A stretch of 63,466 bases of DNA, filler included, from Chrysochromulina tobinii (Eukaryota), in NCBI GenBank assembly GCA_001275005.1. It is 4 parts of 4 records of this genome, joined end to end, with 100 filler letters (N's around TTAATTAATTAA, not from the genome) between each part and the next. Parts side by side here need not be neighbours in the genome. Positions count along the whole stretch, not along the records: positions 47,094 to 63,466 come from JWZX01000319.1; 3 more parts are not named here. One strand, written 5' to 3'. A model generated the notes under the pieces. The model was not told the DNA's origin. It saw nothing but the letters and a program-made list of their open reading frames with translations, and made no database searches. Both the position numbers and the translations under genes were made by a program. Positions 60,957 through 63,466 of this stretch are shown here, in pieces; within the stretch, counting starts at the first letter, position 1; every line of letters starts with the position of its first letter.

Positions 60957-63466
60957 TCAGTCTGCTTCCAGCAGACGGATGGGAGACACTACACCCTGCT
61001 CTTGCTGCAGGTCAAGCCCACTGCTCTTCGGAGTTGCGTTCATTCGGCGCAGCTTCCACGCCAGCCCGCAGAGGCCGGCCAGGAGAAGGAGACCGCCGCC
61101 AACACCTCCTGCGATACGGCCAATGTCCATGGCCTTGTCGGGCGGCAGCGAGGGCGGCGAGGGCGGCGCCTGGCAAGTTGAGACTGTGCCAAGAACGCCG
61201 ATGAGGGTCGTTGCCCAAGAGCAGACTGTGGCTCCACAGCAGCCATCGACAAAGACGTTGGGCCCCTGCGCACGGAGCGCGAGGTCACAGTGGTCACTTC
61301 GGTGCTAGGTTGGCACGAGAATCTCTTCACCACACATGAGGGCATGAGATTATGAGCATGAGCACGCACGAACGTAGCTCGATTGGAATACACTTGGGAG
61401 TTCACGATAGAAACTGTGCCTTCTTCGACATAGACACCGCCTCCCTGCAAATAACGAGCAAAATGTGAGCTCCCATGAGGGCGGTGGGAACTTTGGAAGG
61501 TCTCTGCAGCACTCACCCACTGTAGTTGACCGAAGCGCTCGCAGTTGTGCAAGCGAGAATCAAAGCAAGCGCGTCAGCAATCTTCCCATCGGGCGATGGG
61601 AACTTTTGAGTCTCTGCGGCACGTACAGAAGCCTGTAGTTGACCGGAGCGTCGGCCGCAGTTGTTTGAGCGAGAGTCGAGGCAAGCACGTCAGCAACTTG
61701 CCCATCGAGGCGATGGGAAGTTTTCAAGTAGTTTTCAAGGTCTCTGTGGCACGTACTACATTATACTGTAGTTGACCGAAGTATTCGCAGTTTAGCAAGC
61801 GTGAGTCGGGGCAAGCACGTCAGCAACTTTCGCATCGGGGCGATGGGAAAATACAGGTCTCTGCGGCACATACATAAGACTATAGTTTATCAGAGTGTCG
61901 GCCGCAGTTGTGCGAGCGAGAGTCGAGGCAAGCACGTCAGTAATTTTCCCATCGGGGCGATGGGAACCTTTGAAGGTCACTGTGACACGCACGTTCTGTA
62001 GTTGACCAAAGCGTCGTTTGCAGAAAGAGTCGAGGCATAAGCACGTCAGCAATGTTACCATCGGGGCGATGGGAAAAGTTCAGGCCTCTGCGGCACGTAC
62101 ATACTGTAGTTGACCGGAGCGTCAGCCGCAGTTGTGCGAGCGAGAGTCGAGGCAAGCGCGTTAGCATTTTTCCCATCGGGGCAATGGGAACTGTTGAACA
62201 TGAGCGCGCACTTTGGCAGCTGTGTTCCCACTGATGGTGCACGATGAGATGGACACTGTGCCACCCACGACATGGACACCGCCGCCCTGCAAACAACGAG
62301 CCAAACGTGTCTCCCATAGGGCGATGGGAAACATTGAAGGTCTCTGCGGCACGTACAACCTGTAGTTGACCGGAGCGTCGGCCGCAGTTGTGTGCAAGCG
62401 TGAGTCGGGGCAAGCACGTCAGCAACTTTCCCATCGGGGCAATGGGAACTTTTGATCATGAGCATCACGCACATTGCTCGCTGGATTCCCGTAGATCGAG
62501 GAAGACGTTATCGTGACCGTGCCGGAAGAGACGTAGATACCGCCGCCCTGCAAACAACGAGCAAAACGTGAATCTCTTGGGGTGATGCGAATTTTTTTAG
62601 CGTTGGCACGCACATTGCCAGCTGTATTGCCAGTGATGGTGCATGATGACAAGGTCACTGTGCCATTGTTGATATAAACACCGCCGCCCTGAAAGCACAA
62701 TCGCAAAACATATCAAATCCCATCGGGGCTATGGGAACCTTGCAAGGTCTCTGCAGCACGCACCACCTGTAGTTACCGAAGCGTTCGCAGTTGTGCAAGC
62801 GTGAGTCGGGGCAAGCACGTCAGCAACTTTCCCATTGGGGCATTGGGCACTTTTGGGGATGAGCGCGCACAGCGCTAGCTGTGTTCCCACTGATGGTGCA
62901 CGATGAGATGGTCACTGTGCCTCCGAAGACTGCGACACCACCGCCCTGCAAACAACAAGCCAAACGTGAGTCTCACATAAGGGAGATGGGAAACATTGAA
63001 GGTCTCTGCGGCACCTACATTCTGTAGTTGACCGAGCGTCAGTCGTAGTTGTGCAAGTGTGAGTTGAGGCAAGCATGTCAGCAATTTCCCCACCGGGGCG
63101 ATGGGAAACATTGAAGGTCTCTGCAGAACATACTTGCTGAAGTTGACCAAAGCGCCGGCCGCAGTTGTGCAAGCGAGAGTCGAGGTAAGCACGTCAGCAA
63201 GGTTCCCATCGGGGCGATGGGATAGTTGCAGGTCTCTGCGGCACGTACCCCCTGTAGTTGACCGAAGCGTTCGCAGTTGTGCAAGCAAGAGTCAAGGCAA
63301 GCACGTTAGTCATTTTCCCATTGGGGCAATGGGAACTTTTGAAGTTTCAGGCGCAGATGGCACGTACTGAATACTGTAGTTCGAGGCAGCACCCATCATA
63401 AAAGATGAGAATCGAAATGCACATGTCAACAAGGCATTTCCCCATCGGGGCGATGGGAAGTTTGCA
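60957..63466 (-). CDS. Type-I membrane beta-helix (PMP/pectin-lyase-like repeat) protein encoded by 75-nt repeat exons plus microexons; 5' part lies outside the window
   Basis: 75-nt phase-0 exons at 62871-62945, 62614-62688, 62473-62547, 62212-62286 and 61370-61444 (GGG(V/I)xVxxGTVxIxxxxIxGNxAxx). Terminal exon 61265-60957 encodes a Cys-rich cap, Pro stalk, TM helix IAGGVGGGLLLLAGLCGLAW, KLRR and a short tail. Confidence 0.8.
61445..63466 (-). repeat. Array of about 105-125-nt conserved intron modules with a cccatcg-ccc-cgatggg hairpin, flanking 12 microexons
   Basis: Repeated GTacgtgccgcagagac...ttcccatcgccccgatggg...gctgacgtgcttgcc...ggtcaactacAG on the minus strand. Confidence 0.9.

Noticed and set aside
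61445..63466. CRISPR-like array (palindromic repeats with variable inserts)
   Set aside because: Units exceed 100 nt and are degenerate, inserts are 3-9 nt bounded by AG/GT, there are no cas genes, and the context is eukaryotic; a splice-site reading explains it better

Overview
Eukaryotic, GC-rich, gene-dense DNA with spliceosomal introns. It is probably a haptophyte alga of the Chrysochromulina type (inference from composition, intron style and gene content). Four contigs are joined by artificial 100-nt N/TTAATTAATTAA linkers, so synteny across linkers is not real. About 21 protein genes are supportable, including an Sfi1-like repeat protein, a RING protein, a hybrid histidine kinase, two inverted glycoside-hydrolase-like paralogs, a filamin-repeat protein, tafazzin, glycosyltransferases, a DENN protein, an EF-hand/CAP protein, a GH3 beta-glucosidase with an in-frame TAG, an F-box/SNF2/RING helicase and an LRR-Roc-COR protein ending in an ADP-ribosyltransferase-like domain. 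Two signals stand out. (1) At 60957->63466 (minus strand) lies a single-pass membrane beta-helix gene built from 75-nt phase-0 repeat exons. These are interleaved with 12 variable AG/GT-flanked microexons of 3, 6 or 9 nt inside conserved modular hairpin-containing introns, a candidate combinatorial surface-receptor diversification system. (2) Many introns begin or end with a copy of the adjacent exon and share a few 3' splice-site cassettes, which suggests ongoing duplication-coupled intron gain. All exon structures were read by eye and have no transcript support.
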